DNA from: an uncultured delta proteobacterium
GTDB lineage: Bacteria; Desulfobacterota; Binatia; UBA9968
NCBI GenBank assembly: GCA_963760795.1
Contig: CAVXEP010000032.1
Coordinates: 352,001 to 416,000 of the forward strand
Reading direction: 5' to 3'
Length of the DNA stretch: 64,000 nucleotides
Shown here: positions 1-10,300 of the stretch, piece after piece
Layout: the number at the start of each line of letters is the position of its first letter
Position numbering within the stretch: the stretch's first letter is position 1
Position numbers and translations under genes: made by a program
The notes under the pieces: model-generated
Database searches by the model: none
What the model was told of the DNA's origin: nothing
The model's input: the letters and a program-made list of their open reading frames with translations, nothing else

Positions 1-665
1 CCTGCTCAAAGTGAAAGTCGAAGAGGCACTCTGGCAACTGGTCGCTCATGGGTTAGCTAGCGGCGACGGCATCGCCGGCTTACGCGTGCTCCTGACTCCC
101 GAACACAAACGTGTCGAACGGCGCCGCAGTCTGCGCTTGATTAGCGGCGGGCGCAATTCCGAGCGGGCCATGCCGGTGGGGCGATGGTCGCTGTGGCGCG
201 CGAAATTCTCGAAACTAGAAGTCAGCAGCACGAGCCGTATGGAACGCCAGGCGCGCCAGCTGTTACAGCGCTACGGCGTGGTGTTTCGCGACCTATTGGC
301 GCGCGAATCCAGCAACGGGTCGCTGGGGCAGTTGGCGTAATTTATTGGCGATTTACCGCCGCTTGGAGGCGCGCGGCGAGATCCGCGGCGGCCGTTTCGT
401 TAATGGCTTTGTCGGTGAGCAGTTTGCCTTGCCGGAGGCAGTGGAGCGCTTGCGTGAGTTGCGCCGCGGCCAAGCGGCAACCAGCGAAATATTGCTGGCC
501 GCCGCCGATCCGCTGAATGTTGCCGGGATACTGACCCCAGGGCCGCGCATCTCGCCCTATTCCAATCAATCCCTCGCTTACCGCAACGGCGAAATGATCG
601 ACTCGGGTCTTCTCGGCGAACTGAGGAGTCGTCTGCAGCCGCCAGGAAGCAGCAGTCGAACTTGA
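1..665 (+). CDS. Lhr-family helicase, C-terminal part (cut by window start; frameshift ~320-345)
   Basis: ORFs 11..340 and 345..665 join into motifs GRWSL, LLQRYGVVFR, EARGEIRGGRFV, AADPLN. Confidence 0.8.
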
Positions 666-968
666 TCGTTGACGCTAACGGTAGACGAAAACTACCGGGC
701 GCGAATTCTCGGTGTTAACTAAAAGTTTTTCTTATCCAGTTTGCTGTAACCGCGGGTCTCGCCTTGCCTCTCTCCATTGACGCGTCGTCCATGGGATTCC
801 TCCGCCAAGAGCTTGCGGTGAATTTAGGCTTGATGTAACTCTCTCATCATGGTTGTGATGCAATAACAACCATTGGCAGCGCAAGAAAATTTATTGAACG
901 ACATAAAACTCTTCGCGATGGCTAGAGTTTATCCACGACAACTCTGAACGGTTAACGAGGAAATCATC

Positions 969-3197
969 ATGGCTGAAATCCGAAGCGTCGGTATTCCGAG
1001 TCCCCGAGTCGAAGGCGAGCATAAAGTCGGCGGCGGCGCTAAGTACGCCGTCGACATAAGTTTGCCGGGCATGCTGTGGGCCAAAGTGTTGCGCAGTCCG
1101 CTGGCTCACGCGCGGATAAAAAAAATCGATGTCGCCAAAGCGAGCGCGCTTCCCGGTGTTGTCGCGGTACTGACCGGAGCCGATCTCGCCGGCGCCAAGA
1201 TCGGCAAAAAAATCATCGACATGCCGCTGCTGGCCGAAGCCGTGGTGCGCTTCATGGGCGAAAAAATCGCCGCGGTGGCGGCGCAGAGCGAAGCGATTGC
1301 CGAGGCCGCGCTGGATTTGATCGAAGTCGAGTACGAAGAACTGCCGGTGCTGATCGATCCATTGGCGGCTGCGAAAACCGATGCGCCGCTGATCCATCCC
1401 AATGTCGCGGACTACAAAGGTCTGCTGCACAAGATCGATACGCCGAGCAATGTCTTCGTCAGCCTGGTCTGGAAGAAGGGCGTGGTCGAAGAGGGCTTTC
1501 GCCAATCCGACGTGATCGTCGAGAACACCTACACCGTGCCGGCGATTCACCAGGCCTATATCGAACCGCATTGTTCATTGGTGCGCGTCAATGCCGACGG
1601 CACGGCGGAAGTGTGGTCGTCGAACAAAAGCCCGTTCAATATGCGCGATCAGGTCGGCAATGCTTTGCAGATCGCGCCGGCGAGTTTGATCGTGCATTCC
1701 TGCTACGTCGGCGGCGATTTTGGCGGCAAGGGCGACGGCAACGATGTCGCGCTTTGCTATGCGTTGGCTAAGAAAACCGGCCGGCCGGTCAAGCTGTTGA
1801 TCGACTATACCGAAGAGCTCATGGCGGGTAATCCGCGCCATGGCGCGGTGATCAAGATCAAGACCGGGGTCAAGAAAAATGGCCTGATGATCGCCGAGCA
1901 TATCGAATTTATTTTCGACAGCGGCGCCTATGGTGCCTACCGCCCGCAAGGCTATCTGGTCGGTGCCCATGACGCGCCTGGGCCCTATCGGGTGCCCAAC
2001 TGTTTGATCGAAGAAAAATATGTCTACACCAATACGATGCCGGCAGGCTACATGCGCGCTCCGGGCCATCTTCAAGGCATGTTTGCCTCCGAGAGCCACA
2101 TGGATGTCGTCGCCAAGCGCTTGAACATGAATCCCATCGAGTTTCGCCGGATGAATTTCATGCACGATGGCGACCCGTCGCCGTTGGGCCATGTGATTCC
2201 GCATATCAAAGCGACCGAGACGCTCGCGCGCGCTGTCGAAGTTTCGGAGTTTGCCAAGCCCAAGAAAAAAAATAGCGGCCGCGGCTGTGCTGTCGGCGAT
2301 TGGGTTTCCAAAGGCGGGGAGTCTTACGCGCGCATTGCCATTGACGAGGAAGGTACAATAACTTTGTCTTCGGCGGTCACCGATACCGGTCCCGGTGTCT
2401 TCACCATGATGCGCCAGATTGTCGGTGAAGAACTGAAAGTGCCCCTCGATGCCATCGCCGTGGAGATGCTCGATTCCGATAAAGTTCTTAAAGATACCGG
2501 TGTCCGTGGCAGCAGCAGCACCCGCGTCCATGGCGGCTCGGCGTTAAACGCGGCGCAGCGGGCGCGCGAAGAGATTCTCCAGATTGCCGGCGTGGCGATG
2601 CAAGCCAGTCCGGACGAACTCCTGCTGTTCGATGGCGGCGTGACCCACGGACGGGCCGAGCGGCGTATGACCTACGGCGAAATCGCCCGCGCCAATGGCG
2701 GCCCGATTCTGGTCGAAGGTCATTACGCCAACATGTCGGATGGGCCCGAGGCGTCCTTGGTCGCTCAAGTCGCTGAAGTCGAGGTCGACGACGAGACCGG
2801 CGAGGTGCGCGTGACCAAACTCACCACCGCGCATAACACCGGCGCGATCTTGAATCCGTTGACCCACCAGGGACAGATCGACGGCTCCGTAGCCATGGGC
2901 TTCGGTTACGGCCTGGTGGAAAACCTCGCTTACGACGAGAGCGGCAGAGTGCTGGCGGCCAATCTCGGTGAATACAAGATTCCCAACATCAAGGATATGC
3001 CGCCGCTGCACACGACCATCTTGCAATCCGAGTTCGGCAGCGGCCCTTACAATAGCATGAGCATCGGCGAGACCGCCCTGATCCCGACGGCGGCGGCGAT
3101 CGCCAACGCCGTGGCGGATGCGGTGGGGGTGCGGATTACTTCGCTGCCGATTACCGCCGAGAAGGTGCTCAATGCGCTGAGAGGTCGAGTGGCTTAG
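969..3197 (+). CDS. xanthine dehydrogenase-family molybdopterin-binding subunit
   Basis: 742 aa; LRSPLAHARI, GGDFGGK, MRAPG, GQIDG, IGE motifs. Confidence 0.92.
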   Translation: MAEIRSVGIPSPRVEGEHKVGGGAKYAVDISLPGMLWAKVLRSPLAHARIKKIDVAKASALPGVVAVLTGADLAGAKIGKKIIDMPLLAEAVVRFMGEKIAAVAAQSEAIAEAALDLIEVEYEELPVLIDPLAAAKTDAPLIHPNVADYKGLLHKIDTPSNVFVSLVWKKGVVEEGFRQSDVIVENTYTVPAIHQAYIEPHCSLVRVNADGTAEVWSSNKSPFNMRDQVGNALQIAPASLIVHSCYVGGDFGGKGDGNDVALCYALAKKTGRPVKLLIDYTEELMAGNPRHGAVIKIKTGVKKNGLMIAEHIEFIFDSGAYGAYRPQGYLVGAHDAPGPYRVPNCLIEEKYVYTNTMPAGYMRAPGHLQGMFASESHMDVVAKRLNMNPIEFRRMNFMHDGDPSPLGHVIPHIKATETLARAVEVSEFAKPKKKNSGRGCAVGDWVSKGGESYARIAIDEEGTITLSSAVTDTGPGVFTMMRQIVGEELKVPLDAIAVEMLDSDKVLKDTGVRGSSSTRVHGGSALNAAQRAREEILQIAGVAMQASPDELLLFDGGVTHGRAERRMTYGEIARANGGPILVEGHYANMSDGPEASLVAQVAEVEVDDETGEVRVTKLTTAHNTGAILNPLTHQGQIDGSVAMGFGYGLVENLAYDESGRVLAANLGEYKIPNIKDMPPLHTTILQSEFGSGPYNSMSIGETALIPTAAAIANAVADAVGVRITSLPITAEKVLNALRGRVA

Positions 3198-3259
3198 TGA
3201 TTTAGGGAAATAGCGAATTAGTTAGGACCGAGGGAATCGCGAGCCAAGACTATGGCGCA

Positions 3260-3634
3260 GTGCTTACCGACATGATGGGAAACGACATCAGCCCGCTACA
3301 ACGGCTGATTAACGCGACAAGGAATTCGCTCAACGGGATGGCACGGGCATGGCGGTCGGAAGCGGCGTTGCGCTACGAAATTTATGTTTTGTCCCTGGTG
3401 ATTCCGGCGGCGTTGATGCTGGCGCGGAATGCCGTCGAACGCGCGCTCATGATCGGCAGCGCCCTGCTAGTCGTGGTCGTCGAGATGCTTAATACCGCCA
3501 TTGAGACGGTGGTCGACCGGATCGGTCCCGATCACCACACACTGTCCGGCCTGGCGAAGGATTTGGGATCCGCCGGGGTGTTCTGCTCGATCGTCTTAGC
3601 GACGGCGGTCTGGGCCATCCTATTACTCGGTTAG
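3260..3634 (+). CDS. dgkA: diacylglycerol kinase
   Basis: EMLNTAIETVVD and AKDLGSAGV motifs, three hydrophobic helices. Confidence 0.92.
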   Translation: MLTDMMGNDISPLQRLINATRNSLNGMARAWRSEAALRYEIYVLSLVIPAALMLARNAVERALMIGSALLVVVVEMLNTAIETVVDRIGPDHHTLSGLAKDLGSAGVFCSIVLATAVWAILLLG

Positions 3635-3817
3635 TTCAGCTCGTTTCCCGTGCAAAAGATTCAGCGATGCAAAATTGCCGATGAGGCCGAAAAATTGCGG
3701 CCTCGGCGTTGGAGTGATCTTACTTCGCTGGCCGGCGCACAGCCGCGAGCAGCAGCAGTATGTCAATTTGTTTCGTTTCCTTATTGCAAAAATCTCTGCC
3801 GAGTCACGACGTATCGT

Positions 3818-4303
3818 TCAGTGCGCCCGGTGCCGCAGCGCGTGGAGTTTGACAAACAGTTCGTAGAACGAGCCAAGGCTGCGTTCTTCCATCTCCGGGT
3901 AACCGGCGGTGTTGCGTGAGAGAATCGTCACGCTTAGCTGCTTCTTGTGCAGTTCGATTAGCTCGGCGTTTTTTTCATCCAGATAGGCGCCCACCGTTCG
4001 CAGTGTATTCGCCAGGCTATGAAAATCGGGGACACGGTTGGCCTTGCTGCGGTTGCTCGAGCCCTGGTGGTCTAATTGGTCAATGTCTTGATTGGTGAAC
4101 GCCAACGAAGTCGTCATTCCTTCGCTGCGCAGCCGTTTTTGCCAGTTACGCAAGGCCGCTAATAGCGAGGTTTCTTTTTCCGGGTCGCCGCGGGCAGTAT
4201 AGTTTTCGCCTTGACGGGTTAGCTCGAAAACCTGAATGCGTTGGGCTTCGAGAGATTGGCCGATGCTGCGCAGTTGCCGGTCGTAAGTGGTGTTGTCCGC
4301 CAT
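3818..4303 (-). CDS. hypothetical protein
   Basis: ORF preceded by GGAGG; two similar segments LRSIGQSLE / LRTVGAYLD. Confidence 0.7.
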   Translation of the reverse strand: MADNTTYDRQLRSIGQSLEAQRIQVFELTRQGENYTARGDPEKETSLLAALRNWQKRLRSEGMTTSLAFTNQDIDQLDHQGSSNRSKANRVPDFHSLANTLRTVGAYLDEKNAELIELHKKQLSVTILSRNTAGYPEMEERSLGSFYELFVKLHALRHRAH

Positions 4304-4414
4304 TGATGAATCCTCCTTCAAAGTCTTGGCCCCGCTGCAAGATCCAGGTGTTGGCCGCCCGCGTCATAGCACTAGTCGATGATCAATAACAAGGGGTCGG
4401 CAATTCTCACTTTC

Positions 4415-4443
4415 TTGACAAGGTTAAGGGCTGATCGTAAGGT
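4415..4443 (+). promoter_or_regulatory. putative sigma70 promoter of the ubiD-like gene
   Basis: TTGACA-N17-TAAGGT upstream of a GAGGAG RBS. Confidence 0.5.
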
Positions 4444-4484
4444 GAAAATCTCAATTTTAACGTTTCAATTTCGAGGAGGATTTC

Positions 4485-5954
4485 ATGGCACGTCCGGAAC
4501 GCGCTGGCGCGGCGCATAGCAGCGTAACTTATCGCGGTTTGCGCGATTGGATCGAGCAGGTCGGAAAGATGGGTGAGTTACTTGAGGTCAACGGCGCCCA
4601 TTGGGACCGTGAGATGGGTTCGATCACGCAGATGCTCACCGAAGGCGGCAAGGGCAAGGCGCCAGCCATCGTTTTCGACGAAGTGCCGGGTTATCCCAAA
4701 GGCTATCGGACTCTCTACGGCCAGTTCTCAACTATCAAACGGGTCGCGCTGACCCTCGGTTTGCCGCTCGAATACGAACACAAGTCCGACATCGTCAAGG
4801 CCTACCATCATGTCATGACCGACATGAAGCTGCTTAAGCCAAAGATGGTCAAGACCGGGCCGATCTTCGAGAACGTTTTGGAAGGCGACAAAGTGGACGT
4901 GCTCAAGTTGCCGGTGCCGATCCACCACCAGGCCGACACGCACCGCTATGTCGGCACGGCGGATATGTGCATCACCAAAGATCCCGACGCGGATTGGTAT
5001 AACTTCGGCGCCTATCGCTGCGAAGTTTACGACGGCAAGACCATCGGCTGCCAGATCACCGAAGGCAAACATGGGCGGATTCATCGCGACAAATATTTCG
5101 AGCGCGGCCAGAGCTGCAAGTTTGCCATCGTCTGCGGCCAAGATCCGTTGCTCTATCTGCTTTCGGCCAGTCCGTTACCCTCGGGCGTGTCCGAGTATGA
5201 TTTCGCCGGCGGCATTCGCGGCGAACCAGTGGAGGTGGTGAAGGGACCGTTTACCGGATTTCCGATTCCCGCCGATGCCGAGATCGTCATCGAAGGTGAA
5301 GCGGTGCCGGGACAGACGCAGCCCGAAGGGCCCTTCGGCGAATGGATGGGTTATTATTCCGACGATGTCGTGCCGCGCCCCTATCTCAATGTGAAAACCG
5401 TCATGTACCGCAACAATCCGATTCTCACCTGCGCGCCGCAGCATAAGCCAGTCGACGAAACCGGCCTGCTTAAAGGCATCGCCGGCGCGGCGGAGATCTG
5501 GAACGCGCTGGAAGCTTGCGGATTGCCCGACATTCTCGGCGTGTGGAACCACGAAGGCGCGCCGGCGACTCGTTTCACCGCGATTCAAATCCGCCAGCGC
5601 TATCCCGGCCACGCGCGCAACGTATTGCACGTCGCGTCCAACTGCATGGCCGGCGCGTATAACGGCAAGTGGACCGTGGTTGTCGACGACGATGTCGATT
5701 GCTCGGACATCGATCAGGTGCTCTGGGCCATGGGCACGCGCTTCGATCCGATCACCGACATCGATCTGGTGCAGAAGGCTTGGTCTTCTGGGCGCGATCC
5801 GATGTTCTTGCCGGGCAATTTCAACAACCGTATCTTGATCGACGCTTGCCAGCCGTATAATCGCAAACTGCGCGGCGAGTTTCCCAAGGTCGTTGAAGTA
5901 CCCGAAGATTACCGGAGCAAGATGAGAGCGAAGTTTCCGCAGATCTTCAAATAA
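4485..5954 (+). CDS. UbiD-family (prFMN-dependent) decarboxylase
   Basis: EGPFGEWMGY, VVVDDDVD, LWAMGTR motifs. Confidence 0.92.
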   Translation: MARPERAGAAHSSVTYRGLRDWIEQVGKMGELLEVNGAHWDREMGSITQMLTEGGKGKAPAIVFDEVPGYPKGYRTLYGQFSTIKRVALTLGLPLEYEHKSDIVKAYHHVMTDMKLLKPKMVKTGPIFENVLEGDKVDVLKLPVPIHHQADTHRYVGTADMCITKDPDADWYNFGAYRCEVYDGKTIGCQITEGKHGRIHRDKYFERGQSCKFAIVCGQDPLLYLLSASPLPSGVSEYDFAGGIRGEPVEVVKGPFTGFPIPADAEIVIEGEAVPGQTQPEGPFGEWMGYYSDDVVPRPYLNVKTVMYRNNPILTCAPQHKPVDETGLLKGIAGAAEIWNALEACGLPDILGVWNHEGAPATRFTAIQIRQRYPGHARNVLHVASNCMAGAYNGKWTVVVDDDVDCSDIDQVLWAMGTRFDPITDIDLVQKAWSSGRDPMFLPGNFNNRILIDACQPYNRKLRGEFPKVVEVPEDYRSKMRAKFPQIFK

Positions 5955-5959
5955 ACTGA

Positions 5960-6053
5960 GTTCCAGCAGTTCCAAGGGTTCCAGAGGTTCCGATGGTAAA
6001 GCACGGAGCTTCCGAAACACTTGGAACGACTGGAACCCTGGAACGATTGGAAC
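5960..6053. repeat. hairpin of ~9-nt GTTCCA/TGGAAC units
   Basis: four GTTCC units followed by four TGGAAC units. Confidence 0.8.
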
Positions 6054-6059
6054 TAATTT

Positions 6060-6786
6060 ATGGTCTTCACCAGTTGGCGTGGCGTGGTCGGCGTCGTGAA
6101 ACCGACCCATCGGCCGGGATCGTTGGAAGAGTTCATCCGGCTAATGCCCGAAGGCGTCGGCGTCGTGCCGGTGTATTTGGACTTCAAGCGCGGCACCGAA
6201 GACGAATTCGGCGCGGCGCTCAACGCTGTTCACGAGAAAGTCGCCGAGCTTGCCAAGGAAGGCGTCGATTTGATCCACCCCGAAGGCGCGCCGCCGTTCA
6301 TGATCCAAGGCTTCAAGGGCGAAGAAAAGATCACCAAAGCAGTGGGAAGATGAATTTAAAATTCCCATCGTCACCGCGGCGCAGACCCAGGTGGAAGCGC
6401 TGCGCGCGCTAGGCGTGAAGAAGTTCGTCGGCGTGACCTATTTTGTCGGCAGCATCAACGATATGTTCACCCGCTACTTCCAAGAAGCCGGCTTCGAAGT
6501 GTTGGCGATGGAAGGCATGAAAGTCGACTTCGCCGACGTCGGCCGTTTAGCCTCGACGGAAATCTACGGCCACACGCGCCAAGCTTTTCTCAAACATCCC
6601 GGCGCCGACGGCATTTACATGCTCGGCACCGGCTGGCGCTGTTTAGATATTATCCATCTGCTCGAAGAAGATTTGCAGGTTCCCGTGGTGCACGCCGTTC
6701 CCGCCCGCGTTTGGTCGGTGCAGAAGCGGCTGCATATACGCCAGAAAGTAAAAGGATTCGGCAAGCTGCTCGAAGAGATGCCGTAG
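6060..6786 (+). CDS. maleate isomerase/arylmalonate decarboxylase-family protein (frameshift ~6345)
   Basis: ORFs 6060..6353 and 6391..6786; EALRALGVKK, GADGIYM, LEEDLQVPVV. Confidence 0.8.
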
Positions 6787-6854
6787 AATTCAAAGGGAGG
6801 CGTATCGACTAAATTCAACCGCGATCCTAAGTAACTTGATCTACGGGGTGGCCA

Positions 6855-7969
6855 ATGCAAATCCCGAATCGATTCAGGTCGATGACGCTCATCGCCGTGG
6901 CTGGCGTTGGCGCTCTACGGCTGGCAGCGCGAGCACGCAGGAAGCAGATCAGCCCACCAACGATCTGCCCAATCCCTATCAAACCACAGCTCCATGGGGA
7001 AAGCTTCCTGAGGGGAGGGCGTGGGGGGCGCTGAACGCCGTCGCGATCGATAACGACGGTGAATCGGTCTGGGTCGCCGACCGTTGCGGTGCCAACCCCG
7101 ACACTCCGCCAGGCGCATCCGCGTTTCAATACGATAGTTGCGCCGGCTCCACTTTGGCGCCGATCCTTAAATTCGATTCGTCCGGTAACCTGTTGCGCAG
7201 TTTTGGCGCCGGCATGTTTATTTTCCCGCACAAAATTTATATCGATCGTGACGGCAATCTGTGGGTCGTCGATCAACGCTCCGCCAACGAGCGCGAGCTG
7301 GCGAAGTTCCCCGGCGAAAAGAGCAAAGGCCATAGTGTCGTCAAGTTTAGCCCCGACGGCAGAGTTCTCCTTACGCTCGGCAACCCGGGTGTGGCCGGAA
7401 ATCCGCCGGAGGCCTTGACGCAACCTACGAGTATTGTGATGGCTCCCAACGGCGATCTGTTCATATCCGAGGGGCACAATCAAAATCTTCAGGCGCCGCC
7501 GGATACTGTTTCACGCATCTCCAGATTCACCAAGGATGGCAAGTTCATCAAGTCCTTCGGCAAGCTTGGCTCGGCTCCGGGAGAATTCAGAGGCCCGCAT
7601 GACCTGACGATGGACGGGCAGGGGCGCTTGTTTGTCGCCGACCGCGGCAACATGCGCGTCCAGATCTTCGATCAAAATGGCAAGTATCTCGGCGAGTGGA
7701 AGCAATTCAGCCGACCGAGCGGGGTCTACATTCGCAATGACCTGATCTATGTCGCCGATTCCGAATCCAACGGCGTGGCGCCACACCCGGGATGGAAGCG
7801 AGGCGTCCGCATCGGCAGCGTCAAGGACGGCAAGGTGCTTTACCGCATCCCCGATCCGCTGGAGATGAAGGGAACCAGCGCAGCGGAAGGCATCGCGGTA
7901 GACGCCAAGGGCAACGTCTACGGCGCCGAAGTTGGCCCGCGTCAATTGGTGAAACACATTAAACAGTAG
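6855..7969 (+). CDS. secreted NHL-repeat protein (PAL-like beta-propeller)
   Basis: NHL repeats (FRGPHDL, FVADRGNMRVQIF); signal-like start at ATG 6855 in another frame. Confidence 0.8.
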
Positions 7970-8023
7970 AAGCAAAATGTTGCTACGACGGCTCTAAGAG
8001 ATGCCGTGGGTTAAACTAGAATC

Positions 8024-8163
8024 GATGGGTCTCGCTTTGCTCCACCCATCCGACAAGAAACTGACGGGCAATCAAGTTTATGGCGTCGGTTGTGTAGGGG
8101 GTGTAATTTTTCACGCCTGGAATTGCCGGTATTCAAGAAGGCAGGATGAATCGCGCCCCGACA
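8024..8163. repeat. REP-like palindromes
   Basis: GATGGGTCTCGCTTTGCTCCACCCATC hairpin and a GTAGGGG...GCCCCGAC pair between convergent genes. Confidence 0.55.
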
Positions 8164-8184
8164 ATTTGCTTTCGTGGATGTCTT

Positions 8185-9177
8185 TTAGAATCTGCCTTCC
8201 TTCTCCAGCTTCCTGACAAATCGGTCATCGACTAATTCTTCCGCTTTGAGCTTACGAATTTTTTCGTTGGTTTGTCCGAGCAGACGGATGACGTTGCGCA
8301 CGCCGTCGGCGCGCGGATAGATCTTGCGTTCGTAGATGCCGGCGAGGGTGTCGTAGCCTTCCATCGCCTGCTCAGTATTTTTTAACCGCAGTCCCTTCAT
8401 CAGACTTTTCAGCACCGCCGGTTTGTTCTCCGGTTGGGCGATGAAGTTCAAAGAGTCGACTAGAGCGCGCAGTACGTTCTCAATGACCTCCGGCGAAGAG
8501 TTCATATAGCGCCGGGTCGTCAGGACGCCGGTGCTTTGAAAGGGAATTGGCAGTTTCGCCAGGTCGCCGAGATTGGTAAACCCCTTGCTGATCAGCGGCG
8601 CGGAGAAGGTGTAGCCCAAGTGCGTGGCGGCGACGGTTTCATTGAGCAGCGCTTGGCTGCGCACCGATTCGTCGCCGAGGATGCGAAAGGTGATGCCGTC
8701 GCGTTTGGCGTCCAGGCCCCAATATTCAAGCGCCAAGGTGGTAAACATCCAGCTGCCGCCACTGGCGCTGGTGACGGCGATGACTTTGCCTCTCAAGTCG
8801 GCAGGGGTTTTGATTTTCGGCGAGGCCATGATGTTGCCGATGAGTTTGTTGATGATGCCGGCGACAAACACCAGATCCATGCCCTCGGCGGCGGAACCGA
8901 GCACGGCGCCGGTGGCCGAGCCGGAATGGAGCTGGGTTTCGCCCGAGGCGAGCGCCGCCATGCCAACCGGCCCATTGCGCACGATGACAAACGTCATTTC
9001 CAGACCGTAGCGGCGAAAGAAACCCTGGTCCTGGGCCACGTAGTTGACCGCATCGCGCTCGCTGAACGAGCCGCTGGTCATGATAAGTTTAGTGACCGCT
9101 TGGGCGCCGAAGGCGGGCACGGCTGCTGTCATCAGACTGCAAAGCAGCAAGTGTCGGAATGCAAGTTGAAGTTTCAT
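8185..9177 (-). CDS. NMT1/SsuA-type ABC substrate-binding protein
   Basis: signal peptide; GFFRRYGL, DLRGKVIAV. Confidence 0.88.
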   Translation of the reverse strand: MKLQLAFRHLLLCSLMTAAVPAFGAQAVTKLIMTSGSFSERDAVNYVAQDQGFFRRYGLEMTFVIVRNGPVGMAALASGETQLHSGSATGAVLGSAAEGMDLVFVAGIINKLIGNIMASPKIKTPADLRGKVIAVTSASGGSWMFTTLALEYWGLDAKRDGITFRILGDESVRSQALLNETVAATHLGYTFSAPLISKGFTNLGDLAKLPIPFQSTGVLTTRRYMNSSPEVIENVLRALVDSLNFIAQPENKPAVLKSLMKGLRLKNTEQAMEGYDTLAGIYERKIYPRADGVRNVIRLLGQTNEKIRKLKAEELVDDRFVRKLEKEGRF

Positions 9178-9294
9178 AGACGACCTCCGCGAACCCGACA
9201 GTAAAGAAAAGCCGTGACACGGTCAAGGCGAAATACCTTTGCGCGCCTGGACATGCTATAAGACCAGCGATATTCCACGAACTGTGAACTGAAG

Positions 9295-10113
9295 ATGATC
9301 CCTGACCCGGAAAAATTCCGCAATTTCGAATTGGCCGGCTGGCAGGAAATACCCGCGGGTTATCATGATGCCTTCGGCCCATTGACCAGGCAGGCGATTG
9401 CGCCGCTGCTCAAGGCGGTGCGCTTGAAGAAAGGCATGAGCTTTCTCGATATCGCCAGTGGGCCAGGCTACGTTGCCGCGGCGGCTGCCAAGCGCGGCGC
9501 GACGGTGCTTGGGATCGATTTCTCGGCGGCGATGGTCGCTCACGCCCGGCGCAGTCACTCCGGCGTGGAATTTCGCGAAGGCGACGCCGAGGAGCTGCCC
9601 TGCGGCAATGGTCTGTTCGACGCCGCGGCGATGAATTTCGGTATCCTCCATCTTGGTCGGCCGGAAAAAGCTCTGCTCGAAGCCCATCGTATACTGCGCG
9701 CCGGCGGCAGATTTGCTTTCTCGGTGTGGGCCAAGCCGGAGGAAACCATCGGCTTTGGCATTGTCTTGCGCGCCGTCGAGCTTCATGGCGAACCGCGCGT
9801 CGAGCTGCCCGAAGGGCCGCCGTTCTTTCATTACAGCGATCCCGATGAGTGTACACGGGGCTTGATTGTCGCCGGCTTCGAGTCGCCCGCTGTGACTAAA
9901 GTTCAACAGCTCTGGCGTTTGCCGGCCGGCGATGGTCTGTTTAACGCCATGAAAGATAGCACCGTGCGCACGGCCGGGCTCCTGCGCGCGCAAAAGCCAA
10001 CGGTATTGGAAAAGATCCGTGAAGAAATGCGCGGCGCATTGGCCAAGTACACCAAAGGGGACGTTGTCGAATTGCCGATGCCGGCGTGGGTGGCGTCGGG
10101 GGTTAAGTCTTAA
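9295..10113 (+). CDS. class I SAM-dependent methyltransferase
   Basis: LDIASGPG, GDAEELP, ILRAGGRF. Confidence 0.9.
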   Translation: MIPDPEKFRNFELAGWQEIPAGYHDAFGPLTRQAIAPLLKAVRLKKGMSFLDIASGPGYVAAAAAKRGATVLGIDFSAAMVAHARRSHSGVEFREGDAEELPCGNGLFDAAAMNFGILHLGRPEKALLEAHRILRAGGRFAFSVWAKPEETIGFGIVLRAVELHGEPRVELPEGPPFFHYSDPDECTRGLIVAGFESPAVTKVQQLWRLPAGDGLFNAMKDSTVRTAGLLRAQKPTVLEKIREEMRGALAKYTKGDVVELPMPAWVASGVKS

Positions 10114-10116
10114 CTC

Positions 10117-10288
10117 GTTCAATCGCTTCGTTCAGTTCAAGCCGTTCAAATCGTTTCTCCGGTCACTGACCGAGGAAATTACACCAATGCGTAATATTGT
10201 CGGACCGCAAAGCTACGTGCGTTGTGAATTCATGGTCCGTTGGTCGGGAAACGACTTGAACGGCTTGAACGTTTTAAACGATTGGAAC
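10117..10288. repeat. GTTCAA/TTGAAC inverted repeat
   Basis: GTTCAAGCCGTTCAAATCGTTTC pairs with GAAACGACTTGAACGGCTTGAAC; lies between convergent genes. Confidence 0.8.
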
Positions 10289-10300
10289 CTGTTTTCTCTT

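Noticed and set aside
969-3197. Aerobic CO dehydrogenase CoxL
   Set aside because: Active-site loop is GYMRAPG, not AYxCSFR.
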